DNA of 64,000 bases from the human T2T-CHM13v2.0 reference genome, Homo sapiens. Each line of letters begins with the position of its first letter. Positions within the stretch are counted from its first letter, which is position 1. Where the stretch lies: the NCBI RefSeq assembly GCF_009914755.1, contig NC_060934.1; one strand, 5' to 3'. The position numbers and the translations under genes are program-made. The notes under the pieces were generated by a model. That model was not told the DNA's origin. It was given only the letters and a program-made list of their open reading frames with translations, and did not search any database. Shown here piece by piece: positions 1 to 12,266 of the stretch.

Positions 1-236
1 CAGGGTGTGGCTCCTTTGCAGGGCCACGGTGGACAGAGGTGAGGTACCAGGAGGCTTGAAGGAGGGGTGTCTGACCCAGCCCGGGCACCACAGAGGACTG
101 CCTGGAAGAAGCTACCACTGTGAGCTCTGACAGAAAAGAAGGCCTAGCCCAGAAAAGAGGCAGTGTCGTCGGCAGATCCCAGCCCAGTCAGGCCTGGCGT
201 CAAGAGATGCCTTCAAGATGTAGGCAGCGTAAAGAC

Positions 237-237
<1 letters not shown>

Positions 238-271
<34 letters not shown>

Positions 272-380
272 ACACACAACACACAACACATACACAGACA
301 ACACAACACATACAGACACACACTTATAACATGCACAAACAGCACACACACAACTCCCACACACACATATGGATACATAC
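238..380. repeat. (CA)n microsatellite with degenerate CA-rich tail
   Basis: Perfect ACAC run from 239 to about 268, followed by interrupted CA/CAA/CAT units. Confidence 0.95.
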
Positions 381-837
381 AGAGGTGGCTCCAACAGGAT
401 GGGCTGGCCTGGATCACAGGTCTGTGTGCCCTGCGGCGGGGGGAGCCTTGGGCGGCGGACACAGGGTCTTATTCTCCAGCCACCCGGTGCAGTGGGGACT
501 GTGTGCCCTGCGGCAGGGGGAGCGGCAGACACAGGGTCTCATTCTCCAGCCACCTGGTGCGGCGGGTTGGTCCCTGAAGGATGTGTGACCATGGGTTGGG
601 CTTCCAGGGCTCTCTGCAGGCATCCAGAACAGATCCTCAGGAATGTTCAGCTTCGTATTCCGCCCCCCACCCCCCAAGCCAAAGAGGGGCTGCCGGCTTC
701 ACCCCACAGGCCCCCTCAGCCCTGACTTCCCACGGGGGCTGCAGCAGGGTTGCCCGGGACGTTGACTCGTGGGTGAAGAACCTGTCCCCGGAACCCCACT
801 GGGACGCGGCCTTGGCAGAGGACCCTGGACCACTGCT

Positions 838-1000
838 GGGGACAGAGCTGGGGGGAGGGGACAGGGCCATGTGCCCACCGTGGGGGACAGAGCTGGGGGG
901 AAGGGAAGGGGCCATGTGCCCAAAGCTGTGGACAGGGCTTGGGGGGGATGGGACCATGTGCCCACCACTGGGGACAGAGCTTCTGGGAGGAGACAGGGCT
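838..1000. repeat. G-rich ~44-bp minisatellite, ~3.5 degenerate copies
   Basis: GGGACAGAGCTGGGGGG...GGGCCATGTGCCC recurs at about 838, 883, 929 and 970. Confidence 0.85.
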
Positions 1001-1218
1001 GCTCCTCCTCCTGCTCCTCCTCCTCCTGCTCCTCCTTCTGCTCCTCCTTCTGCTCCTCCTCCTGCTCCTCCTCCTCCTGCTCCTCCTCCAGCTCCTCCTC
1101 CTCCTGCTCCTCCTTCTGCTCCTCCTTCTGCTCCTTCTTCTGCTCCTCCTCCTATACTTTCTCCTGCTCCTCCTCCTGCTCCTCCCCCTGCTCCCCCTCC
1201 TGCTTCTCCCATCCTCCT
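998..1218. repeat. (CCT)n/(GCTCCTCCT)n pyrimidine-rich simple repeat
   Basis: Runs of CTCCTCCTG/CTCCTTCTG; source of the poly-P/L/S/G pseudo-ORFs. Confidence 0.95.
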
Positions 1219-2778
1219 ACATGCTGTGACCAAGCAGACCAGGTTTCACCCGGTCATCCCCAGCCACTGCTATTACTGAACTCACTGAGGGCCTGGAACT
1301 GCAATGAGTGGTCACGGCCCACAGAACAGAAAGGGCCCCTGATACCCACACACTTCCTAGGGATGGAGCAGGGAAAGATATCTTCTTTTACAGCCCTACA
1401 ATATTAATGAGAGTTCTGAGGAACTTTCCCATTTCTCTTAAGGGACGGGCAACCGTCACCCATCAGCACTGCCTCCTCCACCGGGACAGGAGGAGCTGAC
1501 TGCTGGGGGCTTTCAGAGCATCTGCCCCGACAGCCTCCGGGCCCAGCCACCACACCCACCGCCCTCAGCGGCATCCTCCAGTGTTCAACACTGTCCCCAG
1601 CTGAGGCTGAAGGTCCCATCAAAGAGAAATGGAATCCAAGGGCTGGAGAGGGAGGGAAGATGCCGCTGGGACAGCGTGTGAGTGGCCAGCCAGGGGACGC
1701 ACCTCCTGATCCGGCCATACACAAGGCCACCATGGGGTGAAATGAAGGCTAACGTGGCAGTCAGAGCCACGAGTGAGGAGTGGCTCAGCCACGTACAGAC
1801 GGGGTGGTCAAGTTTGAATAACTTGCTAAGAAATGGTAAACCCAACTCAGGAAGTCTAAACCAGGAAGGCAGCTGACATCTAACAGGGCGCTCATGGCGG
1901 GCTCTGTGCCCTCATTTGCTCATCTGTGAAGTGGGGATGAGGATGACAAGCTTGTGGGCTTGGATGGTTGATTCACTTTCTCCAGCTCACACAGGGCACA
2001 GGTGCTGACTGGGGATTCAAGCCCCATGGTCAGGCCCCAGGGTGGGGACGCTGAACCAGGTGCCCTGTGGGTTCTCCGGACAAAGCCAGGGTCTGGGCTA
2101 GAGCAGACGTCCAGACGTGGAGTCCAATAAGACGGTCGGGCGGGGCTCTGATGGGGCCACATGGGCAAGCATCTGACCTTTCCTTCCCGGGCCTCCGTGC
2201 GCACAGGCCCCAGCCTCCCGCTTTAGCCCCTTCAACTGCCTGTCATTTCTGAAACACACTCCCCTTCCCCGGCTTCCAGCTCCACACTGCACCCCTCCCA
2301 CCTTAGCTCAGAGAGAGGCTGCTCCCTCAGAGGCCTCCCTGTGAGCCTGCCTGGGGCACTGGCACTTCCCTGCTGGGCCAGAGACCACACAGGCCTTACC
2401 AGCTCCTTCCTCCCCACTGGAGGCTGATGTGGAGGACAGGGCTGCAGCCGCCTGGCCCACTGCTGACCCCAGCTCCGCAGGAGGCCTGGTGCAGACATGG
2501 CAGGTACTCAGGGAGTGCTGCAGCTGGCACTGGGTGAACCAGGGCAAAAACAGTGGGCACCATGGTGGGTAATACCTAGCAGAGGGCCCGGCACAGCAGC
2601 CACGGGGGCCAGTCAGTGGCACAGCCACCGCCATCACGAACCACAGGGCCAGTGGCACAGCCACCGCCATCACAAGACATGAAGGGGACCTGAGTCTCTG
2701 CAGAAGAAAACACTGCTCCTCACGCAGGAAATGCCAGGCTCAGCTGGTGCCTTCAGGATGCAGGCAGCGTAAAGACCT

Positions 2779-2955
2779 ACACAAACACACACACACACAC
2801 GTGCAACATACAACACAAAAACACACACATAACATACAACACATGCACACAACACACACATATAACACACAACAGGCACACCCAACACACACAGACACAC
2901 ACACAGGGACACAAACATACCTAACACATATGTGCACACACACTGGACACACACC
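2779..2955. repeat. Degenerate (CA)n-rich tract
   Basis: ACAC/ACAAC/ACAT low-complexity run. Confidence 0.9.
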
Positions 2956-3458
2956 CTGCATTCCAGGCTGGCCCCTTCTCTGCCAACACAGCCACAGCTC
3001 CACGGAGCTCCCACAGGCAGATGGCCCAGCCGAGTCACTCCACCTGCTTCAAGCAGAGGCCGGAGCATCCTCACCAAAGGACAGGAAGGCGCAGGCTGAC
3101 ACCACGCCTGCAGGGCAGGAGGCTGCTCCACAGGACAGGGATTATGCAGGATCAGGAAGGGAGCTGTTTAACACCAGTGGGCGGAACTCGCCGCAGGAAT
3201 GCAGGACTCTGACCCCCATAATCGGGCGGCAGGTCAGCGGTGAGGGAGCTGCCCCAGGCGTCAGCTGAGGCAGGTGGGGGACTGGGTCAGAGCTGACCTT
3301 CACCCGAGCCGAGGGCCAAGGCTTCACCGGGAGCCCAGCGCCCCTTTTGTGTGGCCAAGGCAAGGGCGGGCAGGGCTCTGTGCCTCCCCTTCCCACTCCC
3401 AGCTTCAGTGAGTTTTGGGGGAGGGGTATCATCTACAGCTCCAAGCTTCGGAGGGCAC

Positions 3459-3587
3459 GCAGAGCAGCATGCAGAGCAGCATGCAGAGCAACACGCAGAG
3501 CAGCATGCAGAGCAACACGCAGGGCAGCATGCAGAGCAACACGCAGAGCAGCATGCAGAGCAACACGCAGAGCAGCATGCAGAGCAG
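3459..3587. repeat. 12-bp minisatellite (GCAGAGCAGCAT / GCAGAGCAACAC) with alternating 24-bp dimer structure
   Basis: About 11 units visible directly. Confidence 0.95.
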
Positions 3588-6500
3588 TGTTAGCACAAGA
3601 GTGTCCCACAGCTCCCCAGGCCATCACCTGGACCCAGGGACAGCAGGAGAAGGAAAAAGAGGCAGCCACGAGGGAGGAAGGGCCTCTGGCTCCAGGTGGC
3701 CTGGCCGTCGACCCGCAGGGAAAGCACTCAGAGTGTCACGAGTCCCCTGGGCTTCCTCCTCCGGGAGCAGCCACGGGCAACACAGCCCCGCCCGTAGGTG
3801 AACGTGCCCCCGGCTCTGCCTCAGCATCGCACGGAAGACCAGCTCGTCTGCCGCCAGGCCTGGGGAGGAGGTGGGCGCCTGCTGGGGAGGGGCCAGCATG
3901 GGGGCACGTCCCACAGCCTTCGAGTCAGGCTTGTGTTCTGTATCCCCTCCTCATCAGAGCAATCAGAGCAGCCTGCTCTGCGCACACAAACCCTGCGTGC
4001 GTGTTAGAGGAGAACGTCCCTGCCAAGTGGGAAGTGGCCACCTGCCACCACCTCCCCACAGCTGGGCATCCACTCTTGAGGATGGGCCGCTCACCAGCCT
4101 TTCCAGCAGGGCTCTGGGTTCCAGAGTGGCAGCTTGCCTGGCTGTGGGCCTGGTCTCACGTTCACAGCCTGGCGCTGCCACCCACAGGGTCCTGGGAAAG
4201 CTGGGATGGGACTCCATGGGGCCTGGGCACATAATGGCATTATACTGGGGAGCCACTTGGTAACTCAGAGCTCTGGCCACCCTCCTTGAAAGTGGACACC
4301 CGGCCTTTTCCCCTCAGCCGCTCTCTTTCCCTTTCTCCCTCTAACACACACACACACCAGATTCTGTAAGGAGGGCACACGATTTTCTTTGACTTACTCA
4401 GTCTGGTCATCATCTCCTCAAAAAAATATATAAATACCTCCCAACGGCTCCCCAGCCTGGAGCTGAGGCACGACAGGGGGCTGGGGAAGAGGGCGGCCAC
4501 GTGTTGAGAGTCGCCTGCGCATGGAGAGCGCCTTGCAGCCAGCTGGGTCAATGCTGAGAGACCTCCCTGCAGACAGTGTGCCTCCCACGGCCTGCACCTG
4601 GGCTGCCCCACCTGCCCTCCGTGTGCCTGTGCACAGCGGCTCTGTCCGGTGAGGAATTCTGGTGGAACCAAAGAAATCCCTGTTGAAGCTGTGGTTTGAC
4701 CTTGTGTGGAAAGAGATTGAGCAGAGATCCCAGAGGATCCCTCATTCTGCTTCACTGGGGAGGGAGCAGCCCTGCAATTGTGCAGCGAGTGCCCCACCAG
4801 GGCAGGGGCACACACCACGGACACCGACCCTCCCACTAGAGGGACCACCAAGGTGGCAGCAGAATCTGCCCCTCAGCGCACTGGGCCAGAAGCAGACAGC
4901 TGGTGGGACACAGCCTGTGTCCAGGAAGTCTGGGGCCCCGAGGCTGGCTCTGTGCCTGGTTGCAGCACTCGGCCCCTGCCATGCAGCCACAGGAGGCTGG
5001 CCACAGAGGAGGCCGGTCAAGAGGACGGAGAGAGGGCCTCTCGGTCCCGGATTCCAGGATCAAGAGGATGGAGAGGGAACATCTAGGTCGCGGATCCCAC
5101 TGTCTTGAGGTCAACTTCATTCCTATCCTACATTCTTGAGACCTCTCTTATAATAAATAAAGCGTCCTTATAATACATGGCTTATTTTGCTTTAGCTGGT
5201 TTGGTTTCTAGCACCTGTAGCCAAGAGTCCCAACCAGCACCTGTAGCCAAGAGTCCCAGCCAACCTGCGCCATCCTGACGCCGCCGCCCTCTCTGGCCTG
5301 CTCGGCAGTGGCCTCCTCCCTGTCCCTGGAGCCTCAGGATGGAAAGCTGAAGTGGGCTCACCCCCCGGGACCCGGCTGCAGCCCCTCCCCGAGGCCTGCC
5401 TGGTCTCCTTCCACCAAAGCTGCACCGTCTGTCAGTGAAGCACAAACAGTTCAGGAGCAAGGCGCTGCAGGCCCATACATTTCCTTCCAAATACTTATTC
5501 ACTAAAGCACATGAAACAGGAAAAACAGCATCATCCAGTATGTAAAGGTTTATGAAATGATTTTACAATCCTCAGGCAATTCCAGGGTTTCTGTCCACTC
5601 CCTAGCTGTTGCCACACGCACAGCCTCTGACCTTCCTCAGCCTCCCACTGGGGCCTAGGGACCGGAGCTGCCCGTGGAGCACCTTTCCACCCTCTCCCAC
5701 CTGACCTCTGGCCTCCCGGCTCCAGGCTGGCTGACATATGCAGGACCCCAGGGGCTGGGGTGAGCCCCTACTGCCTTTGATGTCAGCCTGTCCCCCTCCA
5801 GGAGGCTGCTCTCCCTCTGGCCCTCCCCCACCATGCCCTTTTCTTCCCACATTCACTTACCCTGGGTGCCCCAAGCTGTTCAGACAGACAGCGTGACTCC
5901 AACACACCAGAAAAGACAAAGGAGTCACACAGAGCCAGAAAATCCTCCCAGAGCCTCTGCTTCTGACCTCTGGGGCCAACCCAGCCCCACGGGGCTCTGG
6001 GTTCTCAGCTGCAGACAGCGGGGCTGTGGTCACACGTGCCCTGCTTGCTAGGGTGCTGACCCTGGGCAGCGAGGCCTCCCTGGTCTCCACCAATGGTGCA
6101 AATCCCATAGCAGGGACCAACAGAGCTGGAATCACCACATCCAGGGGCCTGGGGGAACTGCAGGAGGCCCCGCCCTCCATATCAAGAAGCAAAGGAAGCA
6201 GGTAGGAGCACAGGCGCTGCGGGGGGAGGTGGAGCATCTGCGGTCGCATTCCCCTACCCGACAGTCCAGGTCCAGGTGACAGACAGGAGCTCAGAACACA
6301 GGATGTGAGTGCCCAGGTGCTGGCCAGTGGGCTCTCAAAGCTCAGGGTTACGGGGCCTCAGGGTGGGGCACTTTGGGCTGGCAGCCTCAGAGGCCGGGGG
6401 AGCTGTGGGGCTGGGGCTGGAGGTGGGAGCACATGTCGAGGAACCACAGAGGAGTCACCCCAGAAGCCCCCTTCAGTGGGTTTCTCCCGCTCACTGCAGT

Positions 6501-8458
6501 GGACAAGAGCTTGAACGTCTGCCCGGGGAGTCTGCAGCTTACCTGGGCCCCACCTGCCTCCTGTTTTCATATGACTCACAGCTAGGAATGGCTTTTACAC
6601 GTTAAATAGTGGGAAAAAAATCAAAAGAGGAAAACTATTTCATGACACTTGAAAGTTAAATTTCAGGGGGGGTGAGTCAGCTTTCCTGGGAGCAGGGCCA
6701 CAGCCGATGGGTTTTCCACCGACGGAGCGGCTTTCATGCTGCAGGCAGAGTGGAGCTGCCACAGCAGAGACCAAGTGGCCTGCAAAGCCTCCGGTATTTA
6801 TTCTCAGGAATTTGAAGAAAAAGTTTGTTGACCTTTGCTGAAAACCGTCAAGACCCATTAAAGAGTTCTCATTTTAGAAGCCCAAGGAGAAAACGTGATG
6901 TGGAATGCGGCTCCACAGAGAACTCACCACTTCCTCCAAGGAGGAGCGACCAGGCAAAGGGGACCTGTCCTGGGAGTCGTTCTCCAAGTCTCTCTGTCTT
7001 TCCTTGATCATTTCAAAGGGGCTCCGGGGCTTTCTGTCTTTGCTGGTGCTCTGTCTCTGCTGTTTATCCGTCTGTCTTCTGTTTCATTTCCGGTCTTTCT
7101 CTTGGCCTTATGCATAGCTTAAGACCATAATCCACAGTTTTTACACACAATTCACATCAGGAAAAGCTTTGATATGGTCAGAAAGGTTACTGTGTGTGCT
7201 TTCAATGTAGCAGAAGGCATTGAACACTTCCAGGTTGTCTTTGGCTGGGCTGTTTTGCACCTCAGTAAAAATAGACATTTGCCTGGAGAAGGCTGATGAT
7301 GGTGCCGCAGAGGACTCTTGCATGGAGATGCAGCTGAAGTGTAGACCCATAGAGATACAATTGATTCCTGCCCTACAGAAAAGCGTTTGCAAGCATTACA
7401 TTGTTGTTCTACAAGATACAGCTTTGTATCTAGCAGCAAATTCATTTCCACATTCCCGATTGTATATACAGTATCTTCCTCCGGGTCTCACTGAAACTGG
7501 TTTTTATATTACTGGTTCCTTGTTAACCAATGAGTTAAATGAAAATCTTTGGCATGAATTTATTTTATATTCGACTTATGATTTTGGCTTTTAAAAAGAT
7601 TATTCATGAACTTCCGTGACCTCAGGTGACGACGTGATACTTACGAGCTCAAGGATGTTGGAGCAGCTGTGTTGTGGACCAGACAGAGCAGTGTGGAGGC
7701 CCCACGAGTAGCCACACCTGGGCCACTGGCCTTGGGAAGTGCTCCTTCCTCCCCAGCAAAGATACAGCCAAGGATGCCTCAGAACCCACTGACCTGGTGT
7801 CATCTCTCCTATGGCTTCAGATGCAAATTGAAAATTGAGTGTTCTGAAGTCAAAGCAAAATTCAAAAAACTGCTTCTCAGTTCTCCTTAACTTGTTCACA
7901 CATTGAGATTTGTGACTCGTATTTTACTTAATGCAAAATTGTTCTGCAGTCAGTGACAACTTCTTACAAGCATGCATGCTAATTTGTTTTACATCAACAC
8001 CGAATAGATGAAATACTTTTAAAATTATAGAATACAATACAAATGCTGGATACAAGTGGATTATGAGCATAGCACCTTTCCCTGACCCTACAGAACTTTT
8101 GATACTTTTTTAAATTCAATGCTCAATCAACACACCACTTTAATTTGGCATAGGCCAGTTTGGCTGGTCAGGCTCTTTTGGTAACTATCTGAAGGTCCCA
8201 GTGGTTAGAGGCAGGTGGGAGCTGTAGTCCCCTTCTTATCAGTGACAAGGGGAATGGCACAATGAAACAAGTCTTAGACCAGATTTTGCTAAATGTTTCC
8301 AAGTATGCACAAAATCCTGTTCTTGTGGCCAGGGGTAGCCCCGCTGTCAGCCCTCAGGAATTCCGAAAAGTGCTTCGCCTGAAAACTTGACTCTGAGGCC
8401 ACTGCAGTGATGTTCCGGCGGCAAGCACCAAACACGCACGAGTCAAGTCTCAGAATCC

Positions 8459-9130
8459 TGCCTGCAGCGCAGGGGAGAGGTGGGCAGGACTCACGGGTTC
8501 TGCCTGCAGTGCAGGGGAGAGGTGGCCAGGACTCACAGGTTCTCCCTGCAGTGCAGGGGAGAGGTGGCCAGGACTCATGGGTTCTCCTCGCAGCGCAGGG
8601 GAGAGGTGGGCAGGACTCACGGGTTCTGCCTGCAGTGCAGGGGAGAGGTGGGCAGGACTCACGGGTTTTCCCTGCAGCACAGGGGAGAGGTGGGCAGGAC
8701 TCACGGGTTCTGCCTGCAGCGCAGGGGAGAGGTGGGCAGGACTCACGGGTTCTGCCTGCAGCGCAGGGGAGAGGTGGGCAGGACTCACGGGTTCTCCCTG
8801 CATCGCAGGGGAGAGGTGGGCAGGACTCACGGGTTCTCCCTGCATCGCAGGGGAGAGGTGGGCAGGACTCACGGGTTCTCCCTGCATCACAGGGGAGAGG
8901 TGGGCAGGACTCACGGGTTCTCCCTGCAGTGCAGGGGAGAGGTGGGCAGGACTCACGGGTCCTCCCTGCGTCACAGGGGAGAGGTGGGCAGGACTCACGG
9001 GTCCTCCCTGCGTCACAGGGGAGAGGTGGGCAGGACTCACGGGTTCTCCCTGCAGTGCAGGGGAGAGGTGGGCAGGACTCACAGGTTCTCCCTGCATCGC
9101 AGGGGAGAGGTGGGCAGGACTCACGGGTTC
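8459..9130. repeat. 42-bp VNTR, ~16 copies
   Basis: Unit CCTGCAGCGCAGGGGAGAGGTGGGCAGGACTCACGGGTTCTC; the ORF track shows the matching 14-aa periodicity. Confidence 0.98.
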
Positions 9131-9571
9131 TAGGCCCCAAGGAATGCACTAAAGGTATCAGGGTGCTGGGCTCTTGAAACTCCAGCTGCTTCCAGGGACT
9201 GGCTGGGCCTGAACAATCTTTCTAAGCCTCTGCTTATATTGAATAATCCTCAGTTTACCAGTGAAAAACAATTTCTAACATCTGGTATCTGCACCAGAAT
9301 TAAACCCTCTGGTATAGATTTCGATAATGACATTGAAAGTGCTAAGTAACCACCTGCACAGTGTGGATCCATGATAGAAGATTTCAAGCAGCTCCTAAGA
9401 TGTAGATTATGGTTAACTTACACAAGCATTGCAATTTTTATGCATAAGTATGTTTGAAGTTAATTACCACATAGGTAATAATACTGCCTCTTTCTCAGGG
9501 GACGGAGAGGAATTCGTACACCAGCATATGAACCTCACCCGAACTCCAGGAGGGCCATTGTCATTAGTCAC

Positions 9572-10566
9572 CAGGGTTGGATCCATGCAAGGGGCCTGGC
9601 ACTAGGAAGGCAAGGCCTGGTCTTAGCCTCTGTCATTGCTGTCTTCAAAGTCTCAATGGTTTTTTATTTTTGTTTTTGTGTTTTATTTTGTTTTGTGTTT
9701 TAATGTGTTGTTTTTTTGTTTTGTTTTGTTTTGTTTTCGCAACGTGTGGCAGGCCAGGTCTCACTAACAACTGTTTTAGTACTGACTGAGTGGTTAAGTT
9801 AAATATTAAAAGCCAGTGCCCTTATACAAAGGCTAGGCCTTTCCTGGACTTTAAAGGATGACAAAATGACAAAGAAATTTTTAACAGAACCCATTTAGGA
9901 TTAAATAAGTTTTATTGTGGGTCTGAAGAAACTCTCCAGACCTCCACAAACAAGTTGATTGGGGATCTGAAGGAAATCCCCAAACCTCTGTGATCTCACA
10001 GGAGACAAGAATAGACTTACACAGGCATTGTAATTTTTATGCATAAGTATGCTTGAAGTTAATTACCACATAGCTAATAATACTGCCTCTTTTTTAGAGG
10101 ACAGAGAGGAATTCGTACACCAGCATATGAACCTCACCAGAACTCCAGGAGGGACGTTGGCACTAGGACGTTGGCATCACCCCTGCACCTGGACCCATCT
10201 AGATGAAGTAAACTTACTGAGGCTCCAGAAGAAGGTCTTCAGGACTCAGACGTCAGTTATAGATTAGAAGAAGTTAATCACTTATGTCTGTAGACGAATG
10301 TACACTTACATGTAGACATAGAGCTTAGAAGGTACATAAGCTCTGGAAGACTTTGTAATTTTGAGTTAGTCTGGCGATAATTTCCAGGCCTTCTCCCTGT
10401 AACCGGTTGCAGAAATAAACACCCTCTTCCTCCTCAGTTTTTCTGCGTCTCATTATTGGGCCATGAGAAATAGAAATAGCAGCCCGACCTTTAGTGTGGT
10501 CTGGAAACAAAGGGGCCTCCCATTTTCATTTTGCACTGAGCTGTGCAAATTCCGTAGCTGGTCCTG
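9572..10566 (+). mobile_element. MER91A-like hAT-Tip100 element split by an LTR (pieces ~9572-9744 and 10510-10566)
   Basis: 3' piece AAGGGGCCTCCCATTTTCATTTTGCACTGAGCTGTGCAAATTCCGTAGCTGGTCCTG resembles the recalled MER91A end; the 5' piece lies just before the LTR. Confidence 0.55.
9745..10509 (+). mobile_element. ERV1 solo LTR (MER39-like)
   Basis: Starts TGTGGCAGGCCAGGTCTCACTAAC, ends ...GGAAACA, AATAAA near 10414, flanks AACG/AAGG (4-bp TSD, 1 mismatch); homologous to 57667-58339. Confidence 0.88.
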
Positions 10567-12266
10567 CTAACTACTGTTTCAGCCCAGGAGCTCTGAGCTG
10601 ACCCCTTCTGCAGCGGCTCCTCGCCACCACCTGCCTGGAGCCAGGGGATTCTGGAATCTCATCAGGGAGGGGCTCATATGGCACAGTGTGGGGTGGCTAG
10701 GACCACCCAGCAAAGTCTGAGGCAGTCACACGTACACGTGAGGGGCGGGCACTGGCTGAGGAAAGTCCCCAGAAGGAAAACTGTCTCTGAGGCCTGAGGT
10801 GGTGACGGCCGGCTCCCACTTCCCCACCATGCCCAGGGTCTTCCCAACATGTCAGGCAGAGTTCCCCGGGATCAGCTTCTGCTTCTGTAGCTTCTTCTGG
10901 AAACCTCTCCCCATGCCTTCTTTCCTCATCCTCTCAAGTCTCCTGCTTTATCTTCTCTTTATTCCCCCACACAAAGGAAAGGCTCTGCTCCCCGTTCACC
11001 ACCAGCCGTGATGGTGCAACCAGCCCAGAGCTCTGAACCCAGGCAGAGGACCCTTCCCCGAGGCCTGGAAGTGCTTGGTCCTCCAAAGACACAGCAAGGG
11101 GAGGAAACTGTTTAATTCTATTCTTCTAATGCAACAAAGAAAAGGAAGAAACACCAACAGGCTGCCATGTTAAACCCACATGGAGGTCTAACTTTTATGT
11201 ATGGGCACTAGAATCATTCAGACACCTGCTACGAGCACTGGGGAAGTAGTCAGCTTTTTAATTTATTTTTTTTTCTGTTTATCATGTTATCCCTGATCTT
11301 CCCTTGGATAGTACATGCTAAAGACCGATCATGTGCATTTAAGAAATGGGGGTGGCCGTACAGGACAGGTGCCACTTGTGAGTCCTTCTCAGAACACTTA
11401 GTTAACAGTTTACATTTCTTTGAGGGGGACGATGAATCACAAAAACAACAACATTCTCACTTGCATGTCCTTAAAGGATACGACGTTCATAAAATGGTTA
11501 CATAAAAACACGTGGCAGAGATTTTATTTAACTTATTAACAAGTGAAGAAATCATAAATTATTACAATTGGTTAAAAAAAGAATTAAACATCTCTACCCA
11601 CACACAGGCAACCAGGGATGATGACATAGTGTGTGAGTAAATCAAAAACTGGTCATTGTCCAAGGTCAACTGTATGACCCGGATAAAATGTATTTGCAGT
11701 TCTACGGGCCACAGTCATTTACATGCCTGTAAGTTTCTATGCCATAAAATAAAATGAAATAGCCCACAGACAGTGAAAGACACTGGCCCCTCCAAAATCA
11801 GGCGGCACAGGGTGTGGTAGACCAGACGTGTGGTGACCGCTATTCCTGCATGTCAAAGTCTTGCCATTTTTCCCAACAATATATTAAAAAGCTAAAAGTT
11901 CTAAGCCCGTAGGACACCAAGGCCTTCTCTACTCTGCCTTGTGTGTTTTTCGGGGAACTGCACAGCGCTGAATGCCCGGTCAATAACACGGCTGATTGGG
12001 TGCTTGCAGGCACTCAGGGTGAGAAGGAGCGGCAACGTCACACATTCCACTCGATATCCGCAGCTCAAGCACACAGAACAGCAGCTCCACACGAGCACTC
12101 ACTGGAACCCGGAGCAAAGGAAGAGCCCCTGGGAACCCCCCAGCCTGGGAGCTCCACTGAGGAGGGTGTGAGACATCACCAGCTGTGCCTGCATCCCCAT
12201 CACAATCTCATAGAGAGCGGGAACAGCTTCCCAGGGAACAGCTCCGCACCCTGGGCATGAACACGA

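Noticed and set aside
581-1407. Pro-, Gly-, Ser- and Leu-rich ORFs of about 100-230 aa
   Set aside because: Open in several frames on both strands because the CCT repeat lacks stops; no domain or exon evidence.
5152-5161. Overlapping AATAAA hexamers as a transcript 3' end
   Set aside because: No upstream exon structure could be linked to them; the hexamer alone is too common.
8289-9177. Cys-Pro-rich repeat ORFs resembling keratin-associated or SPRR proteins
   Set aside because: Translation of the 42-bp VNTR, open in five frames; not a coding signature.
11150-11900. AT-rich block that may be an old transposon
   Set aside because: I could not match it to a family or find termini or TSDs; it needs a Dfam search.
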